Assembly (NCBI GenBank): GCA_001804285.1
Contig: MHFR01000053.1
Location: 79,857-143,856, forward strand
Direction of reading: 5' to 3'
Origin: Candidatus Danuiimicrobium aquiferis
GTDB taxonomy: Bacteria > Omnitrophota > Omnitrophia > Omnitrophales > Danuiimicrobiaceae
Length of the DNA stretch: 64,000 bases
The notes beneath the pieces were generated by a model, which had not been told where the DNA came from, ran no database searches, and was given only the letters and a program-made list of their open reading frames with translations. Positions 42,105 to 53,076 of the stretch are shown piece by piece. Every line of letters begins with the position of its first letter. Within the stretch, counting starts at the first letter, position 1. The position numbers and the translations under genes are program-made.

Positions 42105-43142
42105 TTATATATCGTCATGAGCCTCCACAATCTGCGCACAAATAAAATTTGTTCCATTAATTGATTCTTTTTGAATTTTTTCGCCGATTCCCTTCCAATG
42201 GATAACATCCTTTGCTTTAAGAATTTCTTCGGCGCAAACGACGGCTTTTGTCAGCTCATCCAGCGTATACCAATGAACGATTTCCCATTTTTCGCTTTGT
42301 TCCTTTGTATAACCGCGCTTAATTCTTGGATAAACAAAAACACTGGGAACGCCTAAAACAGCCGCTTCGGAACACATCGTGCTGCTTTCGCCAAAAACCA
42401 AAGACGCAAATGCGATTGCATCATGAACACGAAAATATGGTAGCGGAAATTTGTATTGCCTGATACCGTCGACTAAACCGCTTTCATCGGTAACAAAAAC
42501 CTTGCCGTATTTTAAAAGCGTCTGAATGACTTGCCTTTTTTGCGCGGCGGTCAACCCATGATAGCCCCAATCATGCCCAGCGCCCCATTTCACAAAACGG
42601 ACAATGCTGTATTTCTCGTCCGGCCTGACACCAAGTTCTTCCCGCACTTTTGAATCAGCACTGAACAAGTCCCTGTGCAAATAAGCCAGCGAATGATACC
42701 CCGCATATCTCACTTCTCTCTCAACCGGCTTGCTGAGATAACAATCGGGAACGCAAATTCTGGTCGCGAAGGGATACGTCAACATATTGGATAAGCTGTC
42801 GTTTTCCGTATCATAAAAAACCACCGTCGGCACATTCATTAATTTCCCCAGTAACGCAATAAACGGGCCCGCGCACGCCGTCATGACGTCAGGCTTAAAT
42901 TCGCGCACAATATGATATAACCAGATTTTCCGTTTTAGAAGAAGCGCTATCTTGCCAAGCAAACTTTCAGGAAATGCGCCGAAGAATTTCATGTCAATTT
43001 TATATTCCAACGCCAAATTCCGTAAAATATCCTTGTCGCGCCCCGTAATGCAAAGTACATGGCCTGCTTTTGAAAGTTTGGTTATCACATGCCTGTAGAA
43101 ATGAAGATATGCAGGATGGGTAATGTCAATGAGGATTCGCAT
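42105..43142 (-). CDS. DUF354-family GT-B protein
   Basis: IDITHPA, DTE, AYLH, ESSTMCSEAAVLGVP. Confidence 0.85.
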   Translation of the reverse strand: MRILIDITHPAYLHFYRHVITKLSKAGHVLCITGRDKDILRNLALEYKIDMKFFGAFPESLLGKIALLLKRKIWLYHIVREFKPDVMTACAGPFIALLGKLMNVPTVVFYDTENDSLSNMLTYPFATRICVPDCYLSKPVEREVRYAGYHSLAYLHRDLFSADSKVREELGVRPDEKYSIVRFVKWGAGHDWGYHGLTAAQKRQVIQTLLKYGKVFVTDESGLVDGIRQYKFPLPYFRVHDAIAFASLVFGESSTMCSEAAVLGVPSVFVYPRIKRGYTKEQSEKWEIVHWYTLDELTKAVVCAEEILKAKDVIHWKGIGEKIQKESINGTNFICAQIVEAHDDI

Positions 43143-44146
43143 CAGGGCTGTTCGTAATCACGATTATTTTTCTCTATCGAATCTTTGCGAAGCAAATAAA
43201 GAATCCGTTCGTTCATAATCCGTTGCCGGTGCATCATGTCGGCCGACAATCCAATCGTAAAAATAATTAGGCCGCATCCCAGCAAAAATCCACCCGAAAA
43301 GCCGGCCCATTTATGCGGTGAAAAATCACCTACTTTTAGATAGTGTATGAACAAAAACATTAAGAGCGCAAGTCCAACCGAAAAACAACCAAACGCTAAC
43401 GTCCCAAAAACGGTTAACGGCTGGTAATCCCGAAATGTTCTGATAATAAAGCCTCCTGTCCGCATCGCATATCTAAAAACACTGGAAGCCATCCGGCTAT
43501 CCCCGAATTCTCTCACGCCTCGTACTTTTAGAGGAACTTCCAAAATTCGAAATCCTTTAAACGCTAAGTCTAAAAATGTTTCCTGCGTATATGTAAAATT
43601 TCCAATGAGATTCAAATTTAACAAAGCTTCTCGCGAGTAAGCACGAAAACCGCACGATACATCTCTAAATTTTTTCCCGGTTAAGAATCCGAGAATTTGT
43701 GCAACCCGTCGATTCCCCCATTTTTTGACAAGCGGCATCTGCGGCGTCAGTGCCGGATCCAAAAACCGGGAAGCCGTTACGCAATCAGCTTCATTTCTAA
43801 GAATCGGCTCAACCAATCTGGAAATATCTTCAGAATTAAATTGCCCGTCTCCGTCAATATTCACAACTATATCAGCCCCCATTTGAAGGGCGTAATCAAT
43901 TCCAAGGGCAAACGCCCTTCCCAACCCGCGATTCGTCGAATTTCTCAAAACTACCGCTCCGGCATCGCGCGCGCACCCGGCAGTGTGATCTGTTGATCCA
44001 TCATCAACAACAAGAACCTTAATTTCTGATATTTTTTCGATTTGGGACGGAATGGCCGAAATAACCTTTTGAATAGTCGCTTCTTCATTCAAACACGGGA
44101 TTATGACAACTAATTTTGAAAATGTTGCATTCATCGCTTCGTCCAC
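43142..44146 (-). CDS. GT2 (DPM1-like) glycosyltransferase with C-terminal TM helices
   Basis: IPCLNE, VDDGSTD, DGDGQ, DVSCGFRAY. Confidence 0.92.
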   Translation of the reverse strand: MDEAMNATFSKLVVIIPCLNEEATIQKVISAIPSQIEKISEIKVLVVDDGSTDHTAGCARDAGAVVLRNSTNRGLGRAFALGIDYALQMGADIVVNIDGDGQFNSEDISRLVEPILRNEADCVTASRFLDPALTPQMPLVKKWGNRRVAQILGFLTGKKFRDVSCGFRAYSREALLNLNLIGNFTYTQETFLDLAFKGFRILEVPLKVRGVREFGDSRMASSVFRYAMRTGGFIIRTFRDYQPLTVFGTLAFGCFSVGLALLMFLFIHYLKVGDFSPHKWAGFSGGFLLGCGLIIFTIGLSADMMHRQRIMNERILYLLRKDSIEKNNRDYEQP

Positions 44147-44440
44147 GGTTTAGCATCCATAAAAAAATACTGAAAAGAACATACAAAAGTGTTTTTTGTC
44201 GACAAAATTAAATATATAATCTTCCAAGAAACGGCACATAAGTCTTTATGTATTTGAGTGCATGTCATTCCCGCAAGCTTCTAGCGGGAATCTAAGAACC
44301 ATTTTCGCCACCATTCGTGGCTGAGATTCCCGACAAAGGCATTCGGGAATGACAGCAAAGCGAAATATCAAAAGGCTTTTGAATTGCTACTTTTCAGCTT
44401 TCCTGATTTTAGATTATTATATCAACAAAACAGGATCGAT

Positions 44441-46411
44441 ATGTCAAGAAAACTTAATTGGTTGTCCGATAAATTTTTGTACATCATAAATACTTACTCC
44501 CCTTTAATTATCGGCTTTTCAATTCTTCTTGCTTATCAAAATTCTTTTTTTGTACCATTTATCTTCGATGATGATAAATGTATTATCAATAATCCCCATA
44601 TCCGGCACCTATGGCCTCTATGGGAAGCCCTGTCGCGGCCCTTCTGGTTTAACGAAACACGCGTCCAAGTTATGGCAGAACGGCCTATTATCAGTTTGAC
44701 GCTTGCGGTCAATTATGCCTTTGGCAAACTGAATCCTTGGGGATACCACTTACTTAATTTATTGATTCATACAACAGCGGGGTTATTGATGTATGGGAGC
44801 GTTTGGCGCACATTAATTCTGCCGATATTTAAAAATAAATTTGAAGGCTATGAAAAATTGATCGCTTTTTCTATCGCTTTATTATGGAGCTTGCATCCTC
44901 TCCAAACGCAAAGTGTCATTTACATTATTCAACGTTGTGAATCTCTAATGGGGCTTTTTTATATCGCGACAGTCTATTTTTTAATCAAAGGATTTCAATT
45001 AAACAACCGGATTTATTACTTTTTATCCATTTGCTCTTGTTATTTGGGAATGGGAAGTAAAGAAGTCATGGTGACAGCCCCTCTGATGGCAGTAATATAT
45101 GACAAATCTTTCCTTTCATCTACATGGAAAGGACTAATTAAAAAAAGATGGTTATATTATCTCGGGCTCTGTTCAGCTTGGATTTTGTTATATTTCGTAT
45201 CAGTTAAAAGATTTTTCATTCAGCCTTTTCTTGAATATAATTTCGTATCCAGAGCCCCCGATCCAATCTCTCCCATCTCTTATGCGCTCACCCAAACACA
45301 AGTCATCCTTCATTACATCCGTCTTTCTATTTTCCCCCGCGGCTTGACTTTTGATTATCATTGGCCGGTTGTCAAGTCAGCATGGGAGGCCTTCCCTCAT
45401 ATAATTATTATTATTTCTTTACTCATGCTCTGTTTATGGCTTTTATTAATCCGTTCCAAATTAGCTTTCTTGGTTATTTGGTTTTTTCTGATTCTTGGGC
45501 CGACATCAAGCTTCCGGCCAATCTCATCAACCGCATTTGAACACCGCATGTATTTGCCTTTATTTAGCATTGTTGCTTTTTTTGCGCTATTGCTAAATAT
45601 ATTCTGCAAACGTATTTCACTTAAATACCAAAATCGCAAGGAGATAAAACTTCTCCTTTTTTTCGCTATCACGACTATACTCGCATTGTCATTAGGGATG
45701 TTGACGTACAATCGGAATGAAATTTATTCCAGCGAATTTTTGCTGTGGAAAGACGCCACGGAAAAAAGCCCAAACAACTCTCGCGCCTTATATAATGCCG
45801 GATACTTTTTTTATCAGAAAACAGGCGATACAGATAAAGCTATTGGATATGCCGAAAAAGCAATAGCGATTGAACCTTTCTATGTCGAAGCTATGAATTT
45901 TCTTGGATCTATTTATACTTTATTGGGCGACTTTAGCAAGGCCGAATCCCATTTACAAAAAGCATTGGAAATAGAACCGTTAAATTCCCAAATCATGATC
46001 AATCTGGGAATATTAAAACAAAAACAAAGCAAGCCGGAAGACGCCCTGATGCTTTTCCAAAATGCTGCAAAAGTGAGTCCTTACTTGCCCGTCGCACGAA
46101 TTTATTTAGGAAGGGCCTATGAAATGAAAAATGATGATGTTGGCGCTCGTGAGCAATACGAAACAGCGAGCCGCCTTGATCCGGAATCAGATATCCCGCA
46201 CATCTATCTTGGTATGCTATTTGAAAAACAAAACAAGATAAAAGAGGCTATTGATGAACATACTAAAGCCCTTGAAATAAACCCTAAAGGCGACATGGCG
46301 CATGAAAAACTTGGAATGTTATTTTTAAACGCCGATCAAACCGAAAAAAACAGCTTGAATAACACCTTAAAACGATCAACCCAAAAAACCGATTCGTCAG
46401 AAATACTATAA
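44441..46411 (+). CDS. TMTC-like multi-TM (GT-C-like) protein with TPR repeats
   Basis: FIFDD, RP, LHPLQTQSV.YI.QR, SKE, EHRMYLP, C-terminal TPRs. Confidence 0.82.
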   Translation: MSRKLNWLSDKFLYIINTYSPLIIGFSILLAYQNSFFVPFIFDDDKCIINNPHIRHLWPLWEALSRPFWFNETRVQVMAERPIISLTLAVNYAFGKLNPWGYHLLNLLIHTTAGLLMYGSVWRTLILPIFKNKFEGYEKLIAFSIALLWSLHPLQTQSVIYIIQRCESLMGLFYIATVYFLIKGFQLNNRIYYFLSICSCYLGMGSKEVMVTAPLMAVIYDKSFLSSTWKGLIKKRWLYYLGLCSAWILLYFVSVKRFFIQPFLEYNFVSRAPDPISPISYALTQTQVILHYIRLSIFPRGLTFDYHWPVVKSAWEAFPHIIIIISLLMLCLWLLLIRSKLAFLVIWFFLILGPTSSFRPISSTAFEHRMYLPLFSIVAFFALLLNIFCKRISLKYQNRKEIKLLLFFAITTILALSLGMLTYNRNEIYSSEFLLWKDATEKSPNNSRALYNAGYFFYQKTGDTDKAIGYAEKAIAIEPFYVEAMNFLGSIYTLLGDFSKAESHLQKALEIEPLNSQIMINLGILKQKQSKPEDALMLFQNAAKVSPYLPVARIYLGRAYEMKNDDVGAREQYETASRLDPESDIPHIYLGMLFEKQNKIKEAIDEHTKALEINPKGDMAHEKLGMLFLNADQTEKNSLNNTLKRSTQKTDSSEIL

Positions 46412-46423
46412 AGCTTTATTTAT

Positions 46424-46458
46424 AAAAAAACAGGCGCGGGATTTTCTCCCGCGCCTGT
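46424..46458. terminator. Intrinsic terminator between convergent genes
   Basis: AAAAAAACAGGCGCGGGA-tttt-CTCCCGCGCCTGT. Confidence 0.8.
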
Positions 46459-46494
46459 CTGCTTCAAAAAACCTATTCTCTATCCACTCTAATA

Positions 46495-47004
46495 TCAAAC
46501 AGGAATGCACTGGGCCGGCGTATTGCTTGACCTTAAGTATTTCGTACCGTCACAATCAAAGGTTCCACTATTTAATCCTAGCTGAACCTTGGCATCATTA
46601 TAAATTCCGCCAGCTGGATCTACTCTTGTTGCTTCACAATAGTTTTCAGCACTTGCCTGTCCTGTAAACGTACGTGTACCAACAGGACATAAATAACTAA
46701 ATCTTGCACTGCTAGGCAATCCTTGCAAACCCAATGTTCTCCATTGGGTAGGGATAGCGCCACCAGTCCCACCAGGTGCAACAGCTCCTGCCCATGTTGC
46801 ATAGGCACCACCACTCTGAGAATCCGCAAATGTTTGTTGCGCACGTCGAAGAACCCCTAGATATTGAACCCCTTCCGCAACAATTGCTTTCTCAGGTTGC
46901 GACATTAGACGAGGTAAAATTAGAGCTGCTAAAATACCGATGATCACTACGACAATCAAGATTTCAACGAGTGTGAAACCTTTTTTGTTTTTGAATGATT
47001 TCAT
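46495..47004 (-). CDS. pilA: Type IV pilin
   Basis: Class III signal KKG/FTLVEILIVVVIIGILAA; GGAGG RBS; four cysteines. Confidence 0.85.
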   Translation of the reverse strand: MKSFKNKKGFTLVEILIVVVIIGILAALILPRLMSQPEKAIVAEGVQYLGVLRRAQQTFADSQSGGAYATWAGAVAPGGTGGAIPTQWRTLGLQGLPSSARFSYLCPVGTRTFTGQASAENYCEATRVDPAGGIYNDAKVQLGLNSGTFDCDGTKYLRSSNTPAQCIPV

Positions 47005-47417
47005 TTTATTTTCCTCCTGAGTTATAAGTTAAGTAATGAAGGTTATGAAATAGAAAGTGCGTTTTGGGGGGATATACCACTGTCATCCCCGCACGTTTTA
47101 AGTGAGAATCCACGATCAATAGATTCCCGCCTAAAGCTTGCGGGAATGACAGCTTAGTGAGCCCAAAACGGAGGATTTGATTAGATTAAGAGTAAAATGC
47201 CTTTTCCAATCCATCCTTAAACCGAAAGCCGGCTTCTCCTCCATCTTTCAAAGAACTTCATCGCTTACTGATTTTGCGGTTACGAAGGAAATAAATATTT
47301 ATAAAATCCTCCGAACCACGTTAATAAACTAACTCCAATTTACATCAAAGTCAAATATTAGAAAAACATATTTAGGCTTATTTTACTGTTTAAATATGTC
47401 TTCCCACTTCTTAAATC

Positions 47418-48776
47418 TTAACGCCCGCCCGTAGAAAGATCTAAAATGGGCATAAACATTGAAACGACAATGACTCCAATAATTGCCCCCATAATGACCA
47501 GCATAACAGGTTCTACGGCTGTCGCCAACCTTTGTAATAATGTATCGACTCTTTCTTCATAATATTTAGCGACCACCTCCAGGAAGCGGTCCATTTCTCC
47601 CGCCTCTTCACCGATACTAATGAGCTGCGTCATAAAAACAGGAAAAGTTCTTTTTGATTCCAATTGCCCGCCCAAACCATGCCCGCCCCGGACTCCTTCT
47701 CTTGCAGATAAAATCAAAGCTTCAAGCACGGAATTTTCGACCAATTTCCCTCCGATTGTAAGAGACTGAAGAATCGGGACTCCGGAACGGATCAGCGTTG
47801 TAAATCCCCTGCAAAACCGCGCGACTGCAACTTCAAGATTTAAAGCCCCCACAATTGGTATTCTCAATTTAATTAAATCAAGAATAAATTTTCCTTTAGA
47901 CGTTTTTCCCACCATAACAAAAGAAGCAATAATCGAGGCAACTCCTAACGCAACCGCAACCGTATACTTTCTGAGTATCTCGCTCGCCAAAACCACAAAT
48001 TGAGTAAGCGGTGGCAACACCATGTTTTGAGATTTAAAAATATCCGCAAATTTCGGAACGATCTTAAGCAGCAGAAAAGATAAAGCCGCAGTTGCTAAAA
48101 CGCTTAAAACAATCGGATAAAAAAACGCGGAAATCACCCGACTTTTAAGTTTTGCTGCAGATTCCTGATACCCAGCAATTTCAGAAAGAACTTGCGGAAG
48201 ATTTCCGCCCATTTCACCCACTTCAATCAAATTCTGCCAAATCGGAGGGAACACTTTCGGATATTCACTTAACGCATAGCTTAAACTTAACCCCATGCTT
48301 AAATTTTTAATACACGCCTTAAGGATGTCTTTAAGATAAAGATTGTTAGATCCTTTTTGGATAATTTCAATTGAACGAATAAGCGGAATACCGGCTTTTA
48401 AGAGCGCTGAAAGCTGGACGGCAAATGAAATAAGGTCACGCGTAGATACGTGATAAAATAATGGGGTTAAAAAATTGCTTTTCTTTTTTTTGGTCTTGCC
48501 AAAAGCCGATTGTTCGTTTGATTCAGAATCACCTTTTTCAAGCTCATCAACCTGCGATCTATTTCCAAAACCAAAATAACTAAAAGAGGCTTTACTTTCC
48601 TCCACCGAAACAATCAAATATCCGTCTGCCTGAAGTTTCGCGATCGCATCTTCTTTACTGTTTGCATCAACGGTTATATTCTTAACTTGGGTGGAATTAT
48701 CGCGATCACGCACACGGCACTCGAATTGCTTTTTGTGAGGGCTGCCGTCTGGAAATTTGGGAAATGGAACAGCCAT
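47418..48776 (-). CDS. pilC: Type IV pilus platform protein (PilC/GspF)
   Basis: LKAGIPL, GEMGGNL, SGVPILQSL, GEEAG, EP. Confidence 0.92.
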   Translation of the reverse strand: MAVPFPKFPDGSPHKKQFECRVRDRDNSTQVKNITVDANSKEDAIAKLQADGYLIVSVEESKASFSYFGFGNRSQVDELEKGDSESNEQSAFGKTKKKKSNFLTPLFYHVSTRDLISFAVQLSALLKAGIPLIRSIEIIQKGSNNLYLKDILKACIKNLSMGLSLSYALSEYPKVFPPIWQNLIEVGEMGGNLPQVLSEIAGYQESAAKLKSRVISAFFYPIVLSVLATAALSFLLLKIVPKFADIFKSQNMVLPPLTQFVVLASEILRKYTVAVALGVASIIASFVMVGKTSKGKFILDLIKLRIPIVGALNLEVAVARFCRGFTTLIRSGVPILQSLTIGGKLVENSVLEALILSAREGVRGGHGLGGQLESKRTFPVFMTQLISIGEEAGEMDRFLEVVAKYYEERVDTLLQRLATAVEPVMLVIMGAIIGVIVVSMFMPILDLSTGGR

Positions 48777-48808
48777 GGTTTTATTCCTTTATTTCTTATG
48801 CCTAATAA

Positions 48809-50518
48809 TCAATCCACCGCAATACTCAATATTTCCTCAAGCGATGTCACGCCTTCTTCAACCTTCTTAAGGCCGCTCGTAAGCAAAGTAGCGTATCCTT
48901 TTTTGCGCTGTATTTTCCGGATATCATCGGCGCTCGCATTACTTGCAATCATTCTTCTAAACTCTTCGTCTATAGGCAACAGCTCATAGATCGCAACGCG
49001 GCCCCAAAAACCGATATTGCGGCATTCTTTGCAGCCTTTCGCCTGATAAATTCTGTCGACCTTAAACCCATATTCCTTACGCATATAATCGTTCACCGGA
49101 ACGGGCTCTTTACAGGATTCGCATAACATTCTGACAAGCCGCTGGGCCACGAGCAGCACAAGACTGCCGGCTAAAAGATAAGGTTTGATTCCGATATCTA
49201 CCAACCGGTTAATGGCCGTCGGCGCATCATTCGTATGAAGGGTGCTGAACACAAGATGTCCGGTCAGGGAAGCTCGAATACAAATCTCGGCCGTTTCCTG
49301 ATCACGCACTTCTCCCACCAGAATAATATCCGGGTCCTGCCGCAAAAACGCTCTCAGTCCGGTCGCGAAAGTAAGCCCGATATCGGGCTTGACCGGCACC
49401 TGATTAATCCCTCCCATTTGATATTCAACCGGGTCTTCAATGGTCATAATATTCACTTTTGTCGATTTCCGCTTACAAATGGAAGCGTACAACGTGGTAG
49501 ACTTTCCGCTTCCGGTCGGGCCCGTCACAAACACAAGGCCGTAAGGTCTTTTGATGCAATCATTGAAAATCTGGAGTTGATCCTTCTCAAATCCGAGCGC
49601 CTCCAAATCCAGCAGTTCAACACGTTTATCTAAAAGGCGCATGACAATTTTTTCGCCATTAACGGTCGGTACCGTTGAAACGCGAACATCAATTTTCCGC
49701 CCTTTATACCGGAGCTCAAATGATCCGTCCTGGGGGATTCGTTTCTCCGCAATATCGAGTTTGGAAAGAATTTTAATGCGCGACACAATGGCCAAATGAA
49801 ATTGTTTGGGCGGCGGCGGAAGCGCATATAAAATTCCGTCAATCCGGTAACGGATCGCTATTTTTTCTTGAAAAGGCTCAATATGAATATCACTTGCTCG
49901 ATCATCCGCCGCTTTTTTGAGAAGCACATCCACAAGTTTCACCACGGGCGCCTGATCCGCTGCAACCACGAGTGACTCAAGGTCAACAATTTCGCGGTCG
50001 TCTTCCTGAAAATATAACGCCTTCGCCGCATCCAATTCAGAAGAGCTCACCACTTCTTCAAGGCCCGTTGATCCGTAAAATTTTTCAATTGCAGCTCTGA
50101 CGCCATCTTCCGTCGCAAGAACCGGTGTAATGTCACATCCGGTAATCGCACGCAAATTATCGAGCAAAATAATGTCCGGTGGTTTTGCTATCGCAAGTTT
50201 CAGTTGATCGCCCCGCCGCTCGAGCGGAAGAATTAAATGTTCAAGCGCCACATCCCTCGGAACCAGCTCTTTCAGCCGTTGATCCATTTTAGGTTTGAGC
50301 ATTTCAGAAGGCACGAATGCCGCATCGAGCTGCGACGCAAGCGCGAGTTTGAGCTGTACCTCGTTTTGGACAAAACCGAGGCTGAGCAGAAGGCGGCCAA
50401 GCGGTTCTCTGGTTTCTTTTTGTTTTTCAAGCGCGGTTTCAAGCTGGTATTTCGAGATTAACCCCTTGGCAACGAGGAGATTTCCGATCTGAATACTTTT
50501 TTTCATAATTTCATACAC
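48809..50518 (-). CDS. pilB: Type IV pilus assembly ATPase (PilB/GspE) with MshEN-like N-terminus
   Basis: ASDIHIEP, GPTGSGKSTT, RQDPDIILVGEVRD, STLHTN, CxxC pairs. Confidence 0.94.
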   Translation of the reverse strand: MYEIMKKSIQIGNLLVAKGLISKYQLETALEKQKETREPLGRLLLSLGFVQNEVQLKLALASQLDAAFVPSEMLKPKMDQRLKELVPRDVALEHLILPLERRGDQLKLAIAKPPDIILLDNLRAITGCDITPVLATEDGVRAAIEKFYGSTGLEEVVSSSELDAAKALYFQEDDREIVDLESLVVAADQAPVVKLVDVLLKKAADDRASDIHIEPFQEKIAIRYRIDGILYALPPPPKQFHLAIVSRIKILSKLDIAEKRIPQDGSFELRYKGRKIDVRVSTVPTVNGEKIVMRLLDKRVELLDLEALGFEKDQLQIFNDCIKRPYGLVFVTGPTGSGKSTTLYASICKRKSTKVNIMTIEDPVEYQMGGINQVPVKPDIGLTFATGLRAFLRQDPDIILVGEVRDQETAEICIRASLTGHLVFSTLHTNDAPTAINRLVDIGIKPYLLAGSLVLLVAQRLVRMLCESCKEPVPVNDYMRKEYGFKVDRIYQAKGCKECRNIGFWGRVAIYELLPIDEEFRRMIASNASADDIRKIQRKKGYATLLTSGLKKVEEGVTSLEEILSIAVD

Positions 50519-50558
50519 TATTTTTTATGAAGTATGATGTAAGAGGCATGAAATAAGA

Positions 50559-50930
50559 TCAGGAATAATTGCGCCAAGCGCTGTGCAATTTGAACAGTTT
50601 GGCGCCTAACTCCTCATAGCCTCTTAAAAAGCTATCATGCTTCTCTTGTGTTAAGTAATGACAGTCCAATGAAAATAATAACCATGCTTTCGTCTCTTCA
50701 AGTGATCCGATCGCATCGACCAAATGCCGTTTGAAAAGACTTACATATTTTCGTTTTCCCCAGCCTTCGGCTATATTAACAGCAACAGAACGGGATGCCC
50801 GAAGAATTTGATCAACCAAAGAATATTTTTCTTCTTTAGGAAAGATTTTGCTTATTTCAAATATTTTCATCGCTAAATTATGAGCCAGTTGATATACTTC
50901 CAAATCCAAAAATGTTTTAATCGTTTTCAT
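50559..50930 (-). CDS. Four-helix-bundle protein (TIGR02436 / 23S rRNA IVS-like)
   Basis: FLDLEVYQ, FPKEEKYSLVDQILRASRSVAVNIAEG. Confidence 0.92.
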   Translation of the reverse strand: MKTIKTFLDLEVYQLAHNLAMKIFEISKIFPKEEKYSLVDQILRASRSVAVNIAEGWGKRKYVSLFKRHLVDAIGSLEETKAWLLFSLDCHYLTQEKHDSFLRGYEELGAKLFKLHSAWRNYS

Positions 50931-51195
50931 TATTATTCTAACAGTTATTTTGGACTTTCTGCTTCCTGTTTCTTACTCCTGATTAAAAAGATACATGATG
51001 TTCTTAAGAATTGCTACAGTACGGTTAAAAAAATACAACAATCGTTTTTCTCCGGCGCCTGCTTTCTTCTTTTTAAATATCTTAACCAAGTCTTGAAATA
51101 AAAGGGAACATGCACTCTAAGCACATGTCCCCGCTTTTCTTACTTCATACATCCTGCTTCTTACTTCTATTCAGCCTTTAAGCTTGTACCCCCCC

Positions 51196-53034
51196 CTACC
51201 GCGTCACCGCCCCCGCTTTTGCATTAATCACAATCGGCCGCCCGTCACTTTCAATAATCGAATCGGGGCCCAATGCGCTTTCCGGTTGCTGTAATCCGGC
51301 TTCAATTTCCTGCGCCGCAAGATCCATCAAAAGATCTCTCTCTTTTGTATTTCCTTCTTGTCCGGCAAGTTCTTGATTTTTTTCTTTGGTTAAATTCTTA
51401 TACCATTCTTTCTTTTTAACCTTCCAAATCGGCGCGGAAACATCTTCTTGTCGTTCTTTTTTATCCGGCACTGAAACAACACGCAAATCTGACGGATCCT
51501 TAATAATATGAGGCGTAATAAATACAACCAACTCCCTATCATTCATTTGTTTAGTACCCCGCTTAAACGCTCTTCCAATCACCGGAATATCGCCCAATCC
51601 GGGAACCTTGTGCTGCGCATTGGTTTGCGAACTCACAATCATTCCGCCAAAACATACGGTTTGACCGTTATTCACCATTAGATCCGTTACCACATTTCGC
51701 GCAGTCGGGTCTTTTCGGGTCGACACCAAATCAGATACAGCGGTTGTAATATGCGCTACCTCAACATGTAGCGTAATTCTGTTCTCCGTGTTGATCATAG
51801 GAATGACATAAAGCAGTGTTCCCGTTAACTGCCTTTCGGCTGTTGTTGCTTGACTAGTTGCTTGTGTGCCCACAGTCACAGTCACATTTTGCTCTCCAAT
51901 CGTTTCGGAATTTGCAACAGCAATCAGGGCATAATTATTGTCGCGAACCAAAACTTTAGGCTTCGCAATAATCTTAAGTTTGGACGCCACTTGCAAAGCT
52001 TTCAAAGTTGCCGTCAGATTTGTAAAGGATAACGATCCGGGAGTATACGTATTTGAAACTGCCGTTTCGGTCTTCGTTCCAAACCATTCATCTTTCCCTA
52101 AAAACTGCGGGCCTTTAATATTAAATGGAAACCGTTCCGTTGAGGTTCCCCCCGTTAATATGCCCCATGTGCCTTGTGTTGTCGACTTAGTCCATTCAAT
52201 ACCAAAATAATCTTCAAGAGCAGAAAGAGTTTCAACAATCACTGCTTCCATATAAATTTGTTCGACCGGTTGATCTAACGAAACGATTGCCTCTTCAATC
52301 ATTTTTAATCTTTCTTCTGTATCTGTGATGACCAAGCTATTGGATCGATTGTCCACTTGAAGTTTTCCCCGATCAGATAAAATATTTTTAACGATTTTGA
52401 AAAGGGGCATTTCGTCCACTCTTGTATGTTCGATGGTACTTAATAATGACTTGCCGCTACTGCCGCCTCCTGTAATTTCAAATTTATCTAAACGTTCCGG
52501 TTCAGAAACAAGAATATAGTAAAGTTTAAATACTTTTGTGATCAGCGACGGCTGATCTTCTGTTATAACAGAACCACGGAAAACATAAAGGTTCCGATCG
52601 GGATAAAAATCATAAATGACATTCGCACCGCGTGAAATTGCATCGAGCGCATCTTCGAGCGTAACTTTATCAAGTACCATGTTCAATCTGCGCTCAGCCA
52701 CTTCTTTCCCGGCGATAAAATTAATACCGGTTAACTGTGAAAGGGAATGAACTACATTTAAAAGTGTTGCACCTCTAGATTCCACGCCGACTTTCCCTTC
52801 CGCCATGGGAACGGCAGTCACTTCATCTTGAAAAGAATCTATTTGAGACTTTTCGGACTTCTGTGACACGGATGATGCTGCCTCGAGAGGAGCTGGCACG
52901 GGTGGCTCTACCGGAGCAGATTGGATCTCTTGAGGGGGTTGTTCTTCTGTCAAAACGGATTCAGCAGACAGAGAATCAGACAAACAAAATAAAACCAGAA
53001 AAAAACTCAACACTACAATTATTTTTATCCGCAT
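51196..53034 (-). CDS. Secretin (PilQ/GspD family)
   Basis: Signal peptide; DNRSNSLVITD; KVPGLGDIPVIGRAFK; RELVVFITPHII. Confidence 0.92.
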   Translation of the reverse strand: MRIKIIVVLSFFLVLFCLSDSLSAESVLTEEQPPQEIQSAPVEPPVPAPLEAASSVSQKSEKSQIDSFQDEVTAVPMAEGKVGVESRGATLLNVVHSLSQLTGINFIAGKEVAERRLNMVLDKVTLEDALDAISRGANVIYDFYPDRNLYVFRGSVITEDQPSLITKVFKLYYILVSEPERLDKFEITGGGSSGKSLLSTIEHTRVDEMPLFKIVKNILSDRGKLQVDNRSNSLVITDTEERLKMIEEAIVSLDQPVEQIYMEAVIVETLSALEDYFGIEWTKSTTQGTWGILTGGTSTERFPFNIKGPQFLGKDEWFGTKTETAVSNTYTPGSLSFTNLTATLKALQVASKLKIIAKPKVLVRDNNYALIAVANSETIGEQNVTVTVGTQATSQATTAERQLTGTLLYVIPMINTENRITLHVEVAHITTAVSDLVSTRKDPTARNVVTDLMVNNGQTVCFGGMIVSSQTNAQHKVPGLGDIPVIGRAFKRGTKQMNDRELVVFITPHIIKDPSDLRVVSVPDKKERQEDVSAPIWKVKKKEWYKNLTKEKNQELAGQEGNTKERDLLMDLAAQEIEAGLQQPESALGPDSIIESDGRPIVINAKAGAVTR

Positions 53035-53076
53035 AATGATTCCTTTTATCGTACCCTTTCTTGCTCCTTTACTTCA

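Noticed and set aside
47155-47330. c-di-GMP riboswitch or second pilin remnant in the pilin leader
   Set aside because: No GEMM-like core or prepilin motif could be supported.
50559-50930. Diversity-generating retroelement (Avd-like gene)
   Set aside because: No reverse transcriptase and no TR/VR pair with adenine-specific mismatches in the window.
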